NCBI GenBank assembly: GCA_017506895.1
Contig: JAFWBV010000005.1
Coordinates: 67,983 to 131,982, forward strand
DNA length: 64,000 nt
Source: Candidatus Saccharimonadota bacterium
Lineage (GTDB): Bacteria > Patescibacteriota > Saccharimonadia > Saccharimonadales > Saccharimonadaceae
Direction of reading: 5' to 3'
In this document: positions 36,721-47,800 of the stretch, piece after piece
Layout: the number at the start of each line of letters is the position of its first letter
Numbering within the stretch: position 1 is the stretch's first letter
Made by a program: the position numbers and the translations under genes
Notes under the pieces: model-generated
The model's database searches: none
What the model saw: the letters and a program-made list of their open reading frames with translations, nothing else
Told to the model about the DNA's origin: nothing

Positions 36721-37992
36721 ATGAGTATAGCTAAAATAAAAAAGCGACTCTATTTCTCTGTGGCTAGATATTTCAGACATTATGCAAATCTGGCTTTTAG
36801 GCGATGGAATCCACGCGTAATAGCAGTGACTGGATCGGCTGGCAAAACTACCATGATGACGATGCTAGAACATGAAATAGGGAACAAGGCTCATTATTCG
36901 CATGATGCGAATTCAGCATTCGGCATTCCATTTGATATGCTAGGGCTTTCTGGCGTAAGAGGTTCAAAACTCAAATGGATTTATCTGATTTTAGCTGCGC
37001 CGTTTAAGGGATTGTTTTATCGACGTAAACAAGAATTCTACGTCGTTGAGATTGACGGAGAGCGTCCACATGAGACTGAGTTTTTGGCGGAATGGCTAAA
37101 ACCGGAAGTGACTATTTGGGTTTCGATTGGGCTTTCACACGCAGTACAGTTTGAGAAGGAAGTCGAAAACGGAAACTACGACAACGTTAGCGACGCAATT
37201 GTGGCGGAATTCGCAAATTTGCCAGTAAACACTACAAAAAGAGTATATATTGACGCCGATTCCAAATTGATGGTAGAAGCAACCAGCGAAATTAAAGCAA
37301 AAGTGATCCCGATAAAAAAGACTTTACTCAAAAAATATGTGGTCTATCCCGATTCAACCGATTTTACTTATGGAGATACGACTTTTCACTTTGACCATCC
37401 AGAACCAAAAGATATTGCTTTCAATTTATTCGTAATCCAAGATCTGATGAAATATTTAAAACTTAAGTTCAATGCAGATTTTACTGGCCTTAAAATTGCT
37501 CCAGGAAGAAGTTCGTATTTTAAGGGCATAAAAGGAATTGATATCGTGGATAGCAGTTATAATGCGCACATGATTTCGATGACTTCGGTGCTCGATATGG
37601 CAAAAAGGATGCACGCAGAGAAAAAATGGCTAGTAATTGGTGACATTGTTGACCAGGGTTCTTTGGAAAAAGAAGAGCATACTAGATTAGCGAAATTAAT
37701 TGCCGACGTAAAACCAGATAAGGTGATATTGGTTGGGCGTCGTACTAAACAATGGACTGCTCCGGAGCTAAAACGACTTGGTATATCGGCGGTTGCTACT
37801 ACCGATCCGAAAAAAGCCCTAGAATATATTAAACGTAGAATCCATGGCAACGAAACTTTGATTTTTAAGGGTAGTCAATACCTTGAGTGGGTTATTGAAA
37901 AACTATTGGCTAATCCGAAAGATGCCAAAAAACTTTGTAGGCGCGAAAAAGCTGCCGTGGCTAGGCGTAAAAGTTGGGGGCTAGATTCGTAA
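36721..37992 (+). CDS. MurF-like Mur ligase (central and C-terminal domains)
   Basis: VTGSAGKTT P-loop, APGR, DSSYNA, VIGDIVDQG, FKGS. Confidence 0.85.
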   Translation: MSIAKIKKRLYFSVARYFRHYANLAFRRWNPRVIAVTGSAGKTTMMTMLEHEIGNKAHYSHDANSAFGIPFDMLGLSGVRGSKLKWIYLILAAPFKGLFYRRKQEFYVVEIDGERPHETEFLAEWLKPEVTIWVSIGLSHAVQFEKEVENGNYDNVSDAIVAEFANLPVNTTKRVYIDADSKLMVEATSEIKAKVIPIKKTLLKKYVVYPDSTDFTYGDTTFHFDHPEPKDIAFNLFVIQDLMKYLKLKFNADFTGLKIAPGRSSYFKGIKGIDIVDSSYNAHMISMTSVLDMAKRMHAEKKWLVIGDIVDQGSLEKEEHTRLAKLIADVKPDKVILVGRRTKQWTAPELKRLGISAVATTDPKKALEYIKRRIHGNETLIFKGSQYLEWVIEKLLANPKDAKKLCRREKAAVARRKSWGLDS

Positions 37993-38047
37993 TGCTAAGT
38001 TTTAGGTGCAGTGCTAACTTAATAAAAGATATGGAAGGAGACTATTT

Positions 38048-38728
38048 GTGGCGGATTTATATATAATTCATGGGTGGACGTACACGGTAGAACCCTGGAA
38101 AAATACTTTGGAGATTTTACGAGAGAACGGCATCACGGTAAAGATGTTGAATGTGCCTGGTCTAACTGAACCGTCGAAAAAAGTATATACGATAGATGAT
38201 TATGTAAAATGGGCTAATCAAGAAATCCCGGATGGTGCAATTGCGCTTGGGCACTCCAATGGTGGAAGAATACTCTTAAATCTGTGTGCCAAAAAACCCA
38301 AAAAACTGAAACACTTGATTTTGCTTGATGCGGCTGGTATTTATGAGCCATCCAGAAGAAAACGTTTAGTAGAGCGAATGGCAAAAATTGGAAAACCATT
38401 AAAAAAGATACCGATTATCGACAAGGCATTTCACAAATTGACTGGCTCAACAGACTATTCAAAAGCGCCAGAAAATATGAAAAAAACTTTGGCTAATATG
38501 CTTTCATCGGATAAAGATTTGGATTTAAGCAAAGTAGATACTCCAACGTTTATTCTATGGGGCAAGAAGGATACGACCACCCCGCCAAGACAAGCTACGG
38601 AAATGTACGAAAAATTGCCACAAGCAGAATTAAAGTTTTACGCAAATTGGACGCATGCGCCATATATTTCAGATCCAGAAGGATTGGCGCGAGCGATAAT
38701 AACGTTAGTAAAAAGGATTAAGAAGTGA
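38048..38728 (+). CDS. Alpha/beta hydrolase
   Basis: IHGW, GHSNGG nucleophile elbow, LWGKKD, C-terminal H. Confidence 0.88.
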   Translation: MADLYIIHGWTYTVEPWKNTLEILRENGITVKMLNVPGLTEPSKKVYTIDDYVKWANQEIPDGAIALGHSNGGRILLNLCAKKPKKLKHLILLDAAGIYEPSRRKRLVERMAKIGKPLKKIPIIDKAFHKLTGSTDYSKAPENMKKTLANMLSSDKDLDLSKVDTPTFILWGKKDTTTPPRQATEMYEKLPQAELKFYANWTHAPYISDPEGLARAIITLVKRIKK

Positions 38729-39837
38729 AGCATTATTTTATTGGCATGGCGGCAGAATATTCAAGTGGCGAATGGTTACGCCATCTGTTCACCTTCGGTA
38801 GAAAAAAAGATTGTGACACACTGACAAGAACGTTAAATAGAAGATACGGCGGAGAGACTTTTTTGTGTAAAAACGGTCGTTCGGCTTTGACGCTGGCTTT
38901 AAAGGCTTATTTCGAACCGGAAGATGAAATCTTGGTTAATGGATTTACTTGTTATGCGGTATACGAGGCGGTTAAAGCGGCTGGGCTTAAGCCTGTATTT
39001 GTGGATATTGACAAGAAAAACTTGAACTTCACTTCTGATACGATTGAAGATGCGATAGTTAGTCGGTCTAAAAGAGCGAAAGGGATTATTGTCCAAAATA
39101 CTTTAGGCATACCTGTTGATATTAAGTCCATTGAAAAAATTGCAAAGGAGCATGATTTATTTATAATTGAAGATTTAGCACATTGTGCTGGCGTAAAATA
39201 TAAAGATGGTAGGGAAGCTGGTACAGTTGGAATAGCGACGGCGCTTTCCTTTGGTAAAGACAAGTCTATCGATACCGTGTCAGGTGGTGCAGTGATATTC
39301 AGGCAAGAGCAAAAACACGGAATCAAAGCGCCTAGCAAAGCTCCGAAACCATCTGATTATTTGCGGGCAAAGTTTTATCCAATGTTTGGGGCGTTATGCA
39401 GAACCCTAACCTACGTAGGATTAGGTGGTGCAATGATGAGATTATTGGTTGCGATACATTTTGTTGAGAAGTCGGCCGACAATAGATTGGATATTACTAG
39501 AAGGCTAAATAAGTTTGAAGCAAAAAGAGCTTTAAAACAAATTAATGAACTAAGACGCAGTGGCGAATCCGCCATCAGAGATTATTGTTTTGTGAGAGAC
39601 AGGCAAGAAGTATTAAAAAAGCTCCAGAGAAAAGGATACTATTTCGGAGGTCTTTGGTACGAAAAACCGGTGTCACCTGAAAGATATTACAATAAAGTAC
39701 ATTTTCCTGAACAAGATTGTCCAAATGCGGTATATGTATCTGAACATATCATCAATTTACCACTCTATTATACAAAACGAGACTTAGACCCGGCATTAAA
39801 AATCATTAAACCATATTTAGAGAAAGGAGAAGAATAA
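38725..39837 (+). CDS. DegT/DnrJ/EryC1/StrS-family PLP aminotransferase
   Basis: NGRSAL, IIEDLAH, SFGKDKSI..VSGG (PLP Lys), CPNA...INLP. Confidence 0.85.
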   Translation: MKHYFIGMAAEYSSGEWLRHLFTFGRKKDCDTLTRTLNRRYGGETFLCKNGRSALTLALKAYFEPEDEILVNGFTCYAVYEAVKAAGLKPVFVDIDKKNLNFTSDTIEDAIVSRSKRAKGIIVQNTLGIPVDIKSIEKIAKEHDLFIIEDLAHCAGVKYKDGREAGTVGIATALSFGKDKSIDTVSGGAVIFRQEQKHGIKAPSKAPKPSDYLRAKFYPMFGALCRTLTYVGLGGAMMRLLVAIHFVEKSADNRLDITRRLNKFEAKRALKQINELRRSGESAIRDYCFVRDRQEVLKKLQRKGYYFGGLWYEKPVSPERYYNKVHFPEQDCPNAVYVSEHIINLPLYYTKRDLDPALKIIKPYLEKGEE

Positions 39838-39839
39838 AT

Positions 39840-40847
39840 ATGGATGAGCAGCCAAAAGCTGATTATTCCCAAGATACTTGGAAAAAAATAGTAGAATTAT
39901 ATCCAGAAGCGAATTTTTTGCAATCTCCGGCTTATGGCCAAATGAATGAACTGCTCGGTGATAAAGCTCTATTTTTGGATTTCGATGGAAAAGGTTACGC
40001 TCTCGCAATTGTCAGAAATGCTAAACGTGGGAGATATTTAGAGATTCCATGCGGACCATTGATTGACTGGAACGATAAAAAGAAAGTAAAAGTTGTGTTT
40101 GAGACAATAAAAACCGTCGCAAAAAAAGAAAAGTGCGTATTTGTGCGAATAAGACCACAACTAAACAAAACTGATAAGAATATGAAACTTTTGGCTGAGT
40201 TGGGTTTGGTCGAATCGCCAATGCATCTTGCAGCCGAGCACACAGTAATGATTGATTTAACAAAAACCGAAGATGAATTACTTGCAGATATGAGACGCCA
40301 GACTCGGTACGAAGTCAGGCAAGCGGAAAAACAGGGTATAGACGTCACTCGTGATAATTCAGAAGAAATCTTTGAAGAGTTTCACCAGGTGCAGGCAGAG
40401 ACCGCAAAAAGACAGGGTTTTGTGCCACCGTCTTTAAAGGTTTTGATGGCCGAAAGAGCAGCTTTTTCTAACAATGCGACAATATATGTAGCCAAAACCG
40501 CCGATGGAGAAGTGATTGCTTATGGGCTCATTATAAAAGCCGGACGTGAAGGAGATTATTACGAAGCCGCTTCTACGCTCCTAAATCGCAAACTACCTGG
40601 AGCATATGCTTTGTTGTGGCAAGCTATGAAAGATTTAAAGAAAGAAGGATTCGAGAGATTTAATCTATGGGGAATTGCACCGGCTGGACAGCCGAATCAT
40701 CGCTATGCTGGGGTGACTACTTTTAAGACTGGGTTTGGGGGCGAAGTAGTAGAATATGTGCCGGCACACGATATAGTAATTTCACGGATGGGCTATTTAA
40801 AGGATCTCGTCGTCGAAAAAGCACGCAAGAAAAGGAGACGTTTATGA
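39840..40847 (+). CDS. FemABX-family peptidoglycan bridge aminoacyl ligase
   Basis: NFLQS, LEIPCGP, MRRQTRYEVRQAEKQG, FNLWG, FKTGFGG. Confidence 0.92.
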   Translation: MDEQPKADYSQDTWKKIVELYPEANFLQSPAYGQMNELLGDKALFLDFDGKGYALAIVRNAKRGRYLEIPCGPLIDWNDKKKVKVVFETIKTVAKKEKCVFVRIRPQLNKTDKNMKLLAELGLVESPMHLAAEHTVMIDLTKTEDELLADMRRQTRYEVRQAEKQGIDVTRDNSEEIFEEFHQVQAETAKRQGFVPPSLKVLMAERAAFSNNATIYVAKTADGEVIAYGLIIKAGREGDYYEAASTLLNRKLPGAYALLWQAMKDLKKEGFERFNLWGIAPAGQPNHRYAGVTTFKTGFGGEVVEYVPAHDIVISRMGYLKDLVVEKARKKRRRL

Positions 40848-41980
40848 TAGTAAAAACTAAAACAGCGCATTCTCGACACGCTTCGTCACGCCCGTCGTTA
40901 CGAGGTTCCTTACTCAATCCGCTCCCGTCGTCGCGGACGGTTTCGAATTGCACTATTTCTGGTTTTTCTATCATAGATGCGACTTCTCGTGAGATTTGGG
41001 ACGAATTTATTAAATCTCATCCGGAATCTAACTTTTTGCAGTCGTGGGATTTTTATGAGTTTCATGCTTCGCGCGGTAAAAAGGTTGTACGAAGGCTGGC
41101 CTACAATGATGATAAGATTGTGGGGGCATATGCAGGAGTAGTTGAAACGGCAAAACGAGGACGCTATATGGCAATTGCAGGTGGGCCGATACTAGACTGG
41201 GCAGATAAAAAGTTAATTAGGGCTTTATTTGAAGATATTAAGGCTGAAGGGAAAAAGGCCGGATGCGTATTTGTAAGAGTGAGACCACAGTTAGAATTGT
41301 CTGATAAATCTTTGAAGCTTATGAACGATTTGGGTTTGAAACGTGCACCGATGTATTTGTCGGTGGAATTTGCAGGAATTTTGAATCTAGAAAAAACCGA
41401 AGAAGAGATACTGGCTGGGGCTTCACAGGGTTTTCGCAGAAAACTACGTAAAGCGATGAAAAATGGAATTGAAATATTGGCGGAGACTAGTGATGAAGCG
41501 ATTAAAGAGTTTTGCCGACTAGAAAAACTACACGCTGAGAGACAAAAGTATGTGGCGTTTTCTGGAGAGTTTTTGAAAAAACAATTTGAAGCTTTCCGCA
41601 GTGGCGAAGAGGTTATTATCTATACAGCCCGCAAAGATGGCGAGACGCTGGCGCAGAATTTTATGATTTTTTATGGTCCAGAAGCGAGCTATCATTACGG
41701 AGTATCATCAGAGCTGGGAACGAAGTATTCGGCGGCACCGCTTCTCCATATGGAAGCGATGAAAGAAGCACGAAAACGTGGTTGTATTCGTTATAATTTA
41801 TGGGGGATTGTTGAACCAGATGAGACTTCACACCGGTTTTATGGAGTTTCAGAGTTTAAGCGATCATTCGGTTGCGAAGAATTGCGCTATACGCCGGCCC
41901 ACGATATGGTTTTGAAGCCTTTGGCCTACCAAAAAACAAAGATAGTGGAAACTGCTCGCAAGAAAATCCGACATGTATAG
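40844..41980 (+). CDS. Second FemABX-family ligase with GC-rich N-terminal extension
   Basis: NFLQSW, IAGGP, FRRKLRKA, YNLWG, FKRSFG; ATGA overlap with the first. Confidence 0.92.
   Translation: MIVKTKTAHSRHASSRPSLRGSLLNPLPSSRTVSNCTISGFSIIDATSREIWDEFIKSHPESNFLQSWDFYEFHASRGKKVVRRLAYNDDKIVGAYAGVVETAKRGRYMAIAGGPILDWADKKLIRALFEDIKAEGKKAGCVFVRVRPQLELSDKSLKLMNDLGLKRAPMYLSVEFAGILNLEKTEEEILAGASQGFRRKLRKAMKNGIEILAETSDEAIKEFCRLEKLHAERQKYVAFSGEFLKKQFEAFRSGEEVIIYTARKDGETLAQNFMIFYGPEASYHYGVSSELGTKYSAAPLLHMEAMKEARKRGCIRYNLWGIVEPDETSHRFYGVSEFKRSFGCEELRYTPAHDMVLKPLAYQKTKIVETARKKIRHV
40864..40954 (+). repeat. GC-rich structured segment in the 5' coding region of the second Fem ligase
   Basis: About 60% GC by manual count; hairpins TCGTCACG/CGTTACGA and CCGTC/GACGG; imperfect terminal pairing. 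Confidence 0.5.
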
Positions 41981-41988
41981 GAGTGGCC

Positions 41989-42558
41989 GTGCCGTCTAGA
42001 AACCATTTATTGTCACAACATTTCTTAAGAAACCCGAGATTGGCGCTAGTTTTGATTGGGCATTCAAATTTAAAAAAACGCGATACCGTGGTGGAAATTG
42101 GGGCAGGTTCGGGTGTGATTACTTCGGCTTTGGCTCGAAGGGTTTCTCAAGTAATTGCGATTGAACCCGACAGGGAAGCAGTGACAAAATTACGCAGACA
42201 CTTGGCTAAACAGGGATATGAAAACGTGGAAGTGATTGAAAAGGATTTCATGGACTATGAATTACCTAGTGGGCCTTATAAAGTCTTTGCCAACCCACCG
42301 TTTCACTTATCATCGGCAATTATGCATAAATTGATTGAGAGCCTAAATCCGCCGGAAGCGATTTATTTGATTCTACAGAAACAGTTTGCTCTGAAGTTAC
42401 TAAATAATGACCGGCATTATACTTCGCAACTTGGTTTGACTTTGACACGAGACTATACAACTCGAATTAGACTACCACTAAAGCCTACTGATTTTACGCC
42501 ACCACCAGCAGTACCCACGGTGCTGTTTGAAGCCAAACGAATTCCGAAAAATAATTAA
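41989..42558 (+). CDS. Erm/KsgA-family rRNA adenine N6-methyltransferase, lacking the C-terminal domain
   Basis: SQHFL, VVEIGAGSG, ANPPF, F.PPP.V; AGGAG SD before GTG at 41989. Confidence 0.8.
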   Translation: MPSRNHLLSQHFLRNPRLALVLIGHSNLKKRDTVVEIGAGSGVITSALARRVSQVIAIEPDREAVTKLRRHLAKQGYENVEVIEKDFMDYELPSGPYKVFANPPFHLSSAIMHKLIESLNPPEAIYLILQKQFALKLLNNDRHYTSQLGLTLTRDYTTRIRLPLKPTDFTPPPAVPTVLFEAKRIPKNN

Positions 42559-42570
42559 TTCGGACATAAC

Positions 42571-42595
42571 AAAAATCACCCATCCGGGTGATTTT
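42571..42595 (+). terminator. Intrinsic terminator
   Basis: AAAAATCACC-ATCCG-GGTGATTTTT. Confidence 0.8.
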
Positions 42596-42690
42596 TGCAG
42601 GAAAAACAATTATGAATACTTTTATTATAGCACGCTTTGCTTTTTTTGTCAACAGGTGATACAATAAGCATAAGTAATAAAGGAATTTTT

Positions 42691-43290
42691 ATGGCAAAAA
42701 TTAATCGAAGATTCATTGACAAACATTGGTTAGTGTTCCTAGTTCGTGGTGCGCTTGCGATAGCATTTGGCTGTTTTGCTTTATTTGGCGGAATGGCAAA
42801 TATTGAAAACGCTGTTGCAATGATTAGCATCTTTCTATTATTTGTCGGTATCGTTGATGCAGTTGGCGCGTTATATTGTTCAACTAAAAAGCATGGCTGG
42901 ATCAATGCAATTATTGACGCCCTGGTCGACGTCATAGCGGCATTGGCAATGTTATTCTTTGCAAAAAATGACTTAGCTAATACCGTAATAATTCTATCAG
43001 TTTATACAATCGTTTCTGGTATCATTGATATCTTCCATGGATTTTTGTCAACAGTGGACCCAACCGATCGCTTTATACGAATCCTGGCTGGAGCCTGTGG
43101 TTGTATTATTGGCGTAGTAATCCTAAATGCGGGTGGATTCGAAATCACAACATTTATTAGATTCTTTGGCGCATATATGATGATTGTTGGTATTACGAGT
43201 TTGATTTATGGTGTACATAATCGCTCACAGAATATTGAAGATAAGGTTGCGAGAAAGCAAGCCTACAAGAATCGTAAAAAACGCAAATAA
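42691..43290 (+). CDS. HdeD/DUF308 family membrane protein
   Basis: WLVFLVRGALAIAFG, six TM helices in repeated pairs. Confidence 0.85.
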   Translation: MAKINRRFIDKHWLVFLVRGALAIAFGCFALFGGMANIENAVAMISIFLLFVGIVDAVGALYCSTKKHGWINAIIDALVDVIAALAMLFFAKNDLANTVIILSVYTIVSGIIDIFHGFLSTVDPTDRFIRILAGACGCIIGVVILNAGGFEITTFIRFFGAYMMIVGITSLIYGVHNRSQNIEDKVARKQAYKNRKKRK

Positions 43291-43329
43291 CCTGGCGTTT
43301 ATGATATAATTTTTCTTAAAGGAGGCTTT

Positions 43330-44205
43330 ATGAAAGCAATTATTACTGATGCTGGATTTGCAAGTCGTTACTTGCCAATCACAAAAACTATCCCTAAAGC
43401 AATGATTCCGATAGGCGCTAAGCCAGTTATGCAACTTTGTGTAGAAGAATGTGCTGAAGCGGGAATTGACGAAATCATAATCGTAGCAACACCCAATACT
43501 AAATCTAAAGAGATTTATGAGGATTATTTCCATGGGCAAGCAGAGAATGTTAGGGCTTTACTAGAAAAACAAGGTAAGCTTGAAAGGTTCGAGCCAGTAG
43601 AAAAGGTTTTAAGTTTTCCAAAAATTACCGTAATCGAACAGGATCCTAATTTACCTTATGGCAATGGTTCGCCAATCGTATCAGCAAAGGGTTTCGTAGA
43701 AAATGACGAAGCGTTCGTAGTGCTTTATAGCGATGATTTAGTTCTCGGCCAGGGTGATGTGAAAACCCTGATTGAGACTTATCGCGAGAATCCCACTGCT
43801 AAGGCAGTGATTGCTGCGCAGGAGATGCCAGAAAGTGTTTGGAACAAATACGGTATGATTGCACTAAAAGAAAATGGAACACTTTCACACATCGTTGAAA
43901 AACCAAAAACGCCCGACTTAAGTCCGAGTAATTTGACAAGTTATGGTCGCTATTTGTTAACACCTGAAGTTTTTGATTATTTGATTCCGACTAACACCGG
44001 ACTCGATGGAGAGTTGTGGACAGTAGACGCCATAACAAAGTTGGCTGAACACGGTGATGTAGTAGTCGCTAAAAGTCGTGGTAAATGGATTACAACAGGT
44101 GATCCAAAAAACTATTTTCTTGCACATTTAGAATATGTACTTTCGGAAACCGATTATGGTGAAGACGTCAAAGAAATAGTGTATAATTATGGAAAAGGAG
44201 ATTAA
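43330..44205 (+). CDS. galU: UTP-glucose-1-phosphate uridylyltransferase-like
   Basis: AGFASRYLPITKTIPKAMIP, PYGNG, IVEKP, GRYLL, GELW..DAI. Confidence 0.85.
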   Translation: MKAIITDAGFASRYLPITKTIPKAMIPIGAKPVMQLCVEECAEAGIDEIIIVATPNTKSKEIYEDYFHGQAENVRALLEKQGKLERFEPVEKVLSFPKITVIEQDPNLPYGNGSPIVSAKGFVENDEAFVVLYSDDLVLGQGDVKTLIETYRENPTAKAVIAAQEMPESVWNKYGMIALKENGTLSHIVEKPKTPDLSPSNLTSYGRYLLTPEVFDYLIPTNTGLDGELWTVDAITKLAEHGDVVVAKSRGKWITTGDPKNYFLAHLEYVLSETDYGEDVKEIVYNYGKGD

Positions 44206-44211
44206 TAATAA

Positions 44212-44499
44212 ATGAATGTAGCAGAATGGATAATTGTAGCAATTTTAAGCACTACTTTATTGTTGCTATTAATACTAACTATTGTTTTAATAGTAAAACT
44301 CATCAACCTAAGCAAGGAAGTTGAGAAAATAGTAGTGGAAGGTCAAGATATTGCAAAAAACGCCAATGGTATAGTTTCTAATGTAAAAGGAATGACGTCA
44401 ATCGGTGGGTCAATGGAAATGTTTGTAAATAAATACGTTAACCCAAAACTAAAAAGTCTAATGAAAGAAAAGGAGAAAAAGAATGAGCGAAAAGACTAA
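44212..44499 (+). CDS. Small membrane protein (DUF948-like)
   Basis: N-terminal TM followed by coiled region; precedes a YtxH-like gene. Confidence 0.55.
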   Translation: MNVAEWIIVAILSTTLLLLLILTIVLIVKLINLSKEVEKIVVEGQDIAKNANGIVSNVKGMTSIGGSMEMFVNKYVNPKLKSLMKEKEKKNERKD

Positions 44500-44803
44500 A
44501 GGTGGAGCAGGCAAGTTTTTCTTAGGAGCGATACTTGGAGCAGTTGCGGGAGCAGTGGCAGGAAAGTTTATTTCAAAAAAATGCGAAGAGAATGAGGACG
44601 AAATTGAAGATAAATTAGACGAAATTGACGAAAAATTTGATGATATTAAAGAAGATCTCGAAGATAAGTACGACGATGTAAAGGAAGATTTGGTAGAAAA
44701 AGTCGACGATGGCGCCGAAAAGATTGAAAAAGCCGCCAAAAAGGTTGAAAAAACTGCTAAAAAGGGTGCCGAGAAAGTAAAAAAGACCATCAAAAATGCC
44801 TGA
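44483..44803 (+). CDS. YtxH-like protein
   Basis: FFLGAILGAVAGAVAG followed by acidic/basic helical repeats. Confidence 0.65.
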   Translation: MSEKTKGGAGKFFLGAILGAVAGAVAGKFISKKCEENEDEIEDKLDEIDEKFDDIKEDLEDKYDDVKEDLVEKVDDGAEKIEKAAKKVEKTAKKGAEKVKKTIKNA

Positions 44804-47800
44804 AACGCGGTTGAAACCGAGTGATTATGTCCATCTTCATAACCATACCCATTATTCGTTATTGGATGGTTTGACTAAAATACCAGAGTTAGTTAAATTC
44901 GTCAAAGACGAGGGAATGGAAGCTGTTGCCGTAACTGACCACGGCACAATGTCTGGGCTAGTTGAGCTATACAAAGAGTGCAATGATGCTGGAATCAAGC
45001 CAATTTTGGGACTTGAAGCTTATGTTGCGGCTCGCAAAATGACAGACCGTGATCCAGCACATGATAAACAGAGATTCCATATAACTCTTTTAGCAATGAA
45101 CAATAAGGGTTTTGAAAATCTCTGCCGAATTATGAGCAACGCCGAAATAAACGGCAAGTATTATAAACCACGTACCGACCATGATGAACTAGAAAAATAT
45201 AATGAAGGAATTATATGTTTGTCTGGTTGTATGGGTTCAGAAATCTCTGAAGCAATTAGAGCCGGTGACGATGAACGGGCTTTAAAACTAATTGATTGGT
45301 ACAGAAATGTATTTAAGGATCGTTTTTATCTAGAAATGCAGGACCATGGTCACCCGAAGTCATCAACTCATTCACTAGAGCAAAAAAAGGTTAATGATTG
45401 GTTGATGGCACATGCAGATGAGTTGAAATTACCGCTTGTGGTAACGTGCGACGCACACTACCTTAGGCATGAAGATCAGGATGCGCACGAAGTTTTACTT
45501 TGTATCGGCACGGCGGCTAATCTATCTGATACGAATAGAATGACATTAAAGGACTATGATTTACATGTTATCTCTCCTAAAGAAATAATCGAGCACTGGG
45601 AAGATACTTGTCCGGAAGCTGTACGAAACACTAGGCGAATAGCAGATCGATGTAACGTTGATTTGCAACTGGGCAGAATACTGATTCCAAAATTTCCAGT
45701 ACCAGACGGTGAAGATGAGAAAACTTTCTTAGATAAATTGGTGTTTCAAGGATTAGTCTATCGCTATGGTGGGAAGAAGCTTGAAGATACTGTGGATATG
45801 AGCGTAGAAGTATGCCGGAAAATACTCGAAAAGGTAGATAAAGACCGCGACGAATTACACAAAATACTGCCCCGTATTGATTACGAATTGTCTGTAGTAG
45901 ACAAAATGGGGTATAATGGTTACTTTCTAATCGTCCAAGATTTTATTAACTGGGGTAAGTCCCAGCGTATCGTCTATGGACCTGGGCGTGGTTCGGCGGC
46001 AGGTTCAATTTTGGCTTATGCGCTGCGTATTACCGAGCTAGACCCCTTAAAATACGATTTACTCTTTGAAAGATTCTTGAATCCGGATAGAATTAGCATG
46101 CCAGATATCGATACGGATATACAAGACACGAGACGTGATGAGGTAATTCAATACTGTTCCGATAAATATGGTTTTAATCGCGTGTCAAACATTGCGACTT
46201 TTGGCAAAATGATGGCCAAAAACGCCGTACGAGACGTGGCTAGAGTACTCGAGGTGCCTTATGCGGAGGCGGATAGGCTAGCCAAAATGGTGCCAGATCC
46301 GATACAAGGTCACCACGTTCATCTAGCTGACGCGATTCGCGATGTGCCTGATTTAAAACAAGAGTACGAAACAAACCCGACGTCAAAGGAAGTGATTGAT
46401 TTTGCATCTAGGTTAGAAGGAACCATCAGAAACCATGGTGTACACGCATGTGGCGTAATTATTGCGCCCGACGATCTAGTAAAGTTTTTACCGCTTGAAG
46501 TTTCGGCGAAAGGCCCGATTGCAGCACAGTTCCCAATGGGGCAAGTCGAAGAGCTGGGACTACTCAAAATGGACTTTTTGGGGCTTTCTAACCTTTCTGT
46601 TATTAATAATGCGTTAAGAATGGTAAGAAAAGTTTATCATGAAGATGTAGACATGTATTCATTACCATTGGACGATCCACAAACGTATGCTCTTCTGCAA
46701 CGAGCGGAAACTACCGGCGTATTTCAGCTTGAATCAGCTGGGATGAAGAGATATTTGCGCGATTTGAAAGCTTCTTCATTTGAAGATATTATCGCTATGG
46801 TGGCATTATATCGTCCGGGGCCAATGCAATTTATTGATTCATTTATTCGAAGAAAACACGGGCAAGAGCCGATTACATATTTGCATCCAGGACTAGAGAA
46901 CTCACTGAAGAGTACTTACGGAATTATGATTTACCAAGAGCAGTTCATGCAGATTTCGAAGGAATGGTGCGGTTTTACGGGCGGTCAAGCTGACACGCTA
47001 CGTAAAGCCGTAGGTAAGAAAAAAATTGATTTAATGAAAAAGGTGAAACCGGAGTTTATTAAGGGTGCGGTAGAAATTGGTGGTGCTACAGAAGAAATTG
47101 CGGAGACCTTTTGGTCACAGCTGCTCGAATTTGCTAATTATTGTTTCAATAAATCACATGCCGCATGCTATGCCTTAATTGCTTATTGGACGGCGTATCT
47201 TAAGGCGCACTATCCAGACGCCTTTATGGCGGCGCTAATGACCGCTGATATGCGTTGGACTGATAGATTGGCAATAGAAATGGCTGAATGTAAGAAAATG
47301 GGTCTTAAAGTATTGGGTCCCGATATCAATCAATCTTATGGAGATTTTGGTATTGTGGGCGGAGAAAACACAATTAGGTTTGGCCTATCCGGAATTAAAG
47401 GTATGGGGAAAGCATTGGTAGAAGAAATCGTGATTCCAGAACGAGATAAAAATGGTCCCTTTAAGTCAATTTGTGATTTTGCAAAACGCGTCGATTCGAC
47501 TAAGTTCAACAAAAAATCCTGGGAAGGAGCTATCAAAACTGGCGCCTTTGACAGATTTGGCTACTCGCGTTCGGATTTACTATTCAATCTCGAAGCCGTG
47601 CAAGCATATGGTGCTAAAATCCAAAAGGATGTCGGTTCAGGACAAACTGATTTATTCGGAATGATGGGTGAAGCAGGAGCAGTGCCGGAAGTGGAGATTA
47701 AGCCCGCACCGGTACAGCATCCAGAAAAAGAACAGCTATTATGGGAACGAGATTTGATGGGTCTTTATTTGTCGGCGCATCCGTTAGATAAATATGATAC

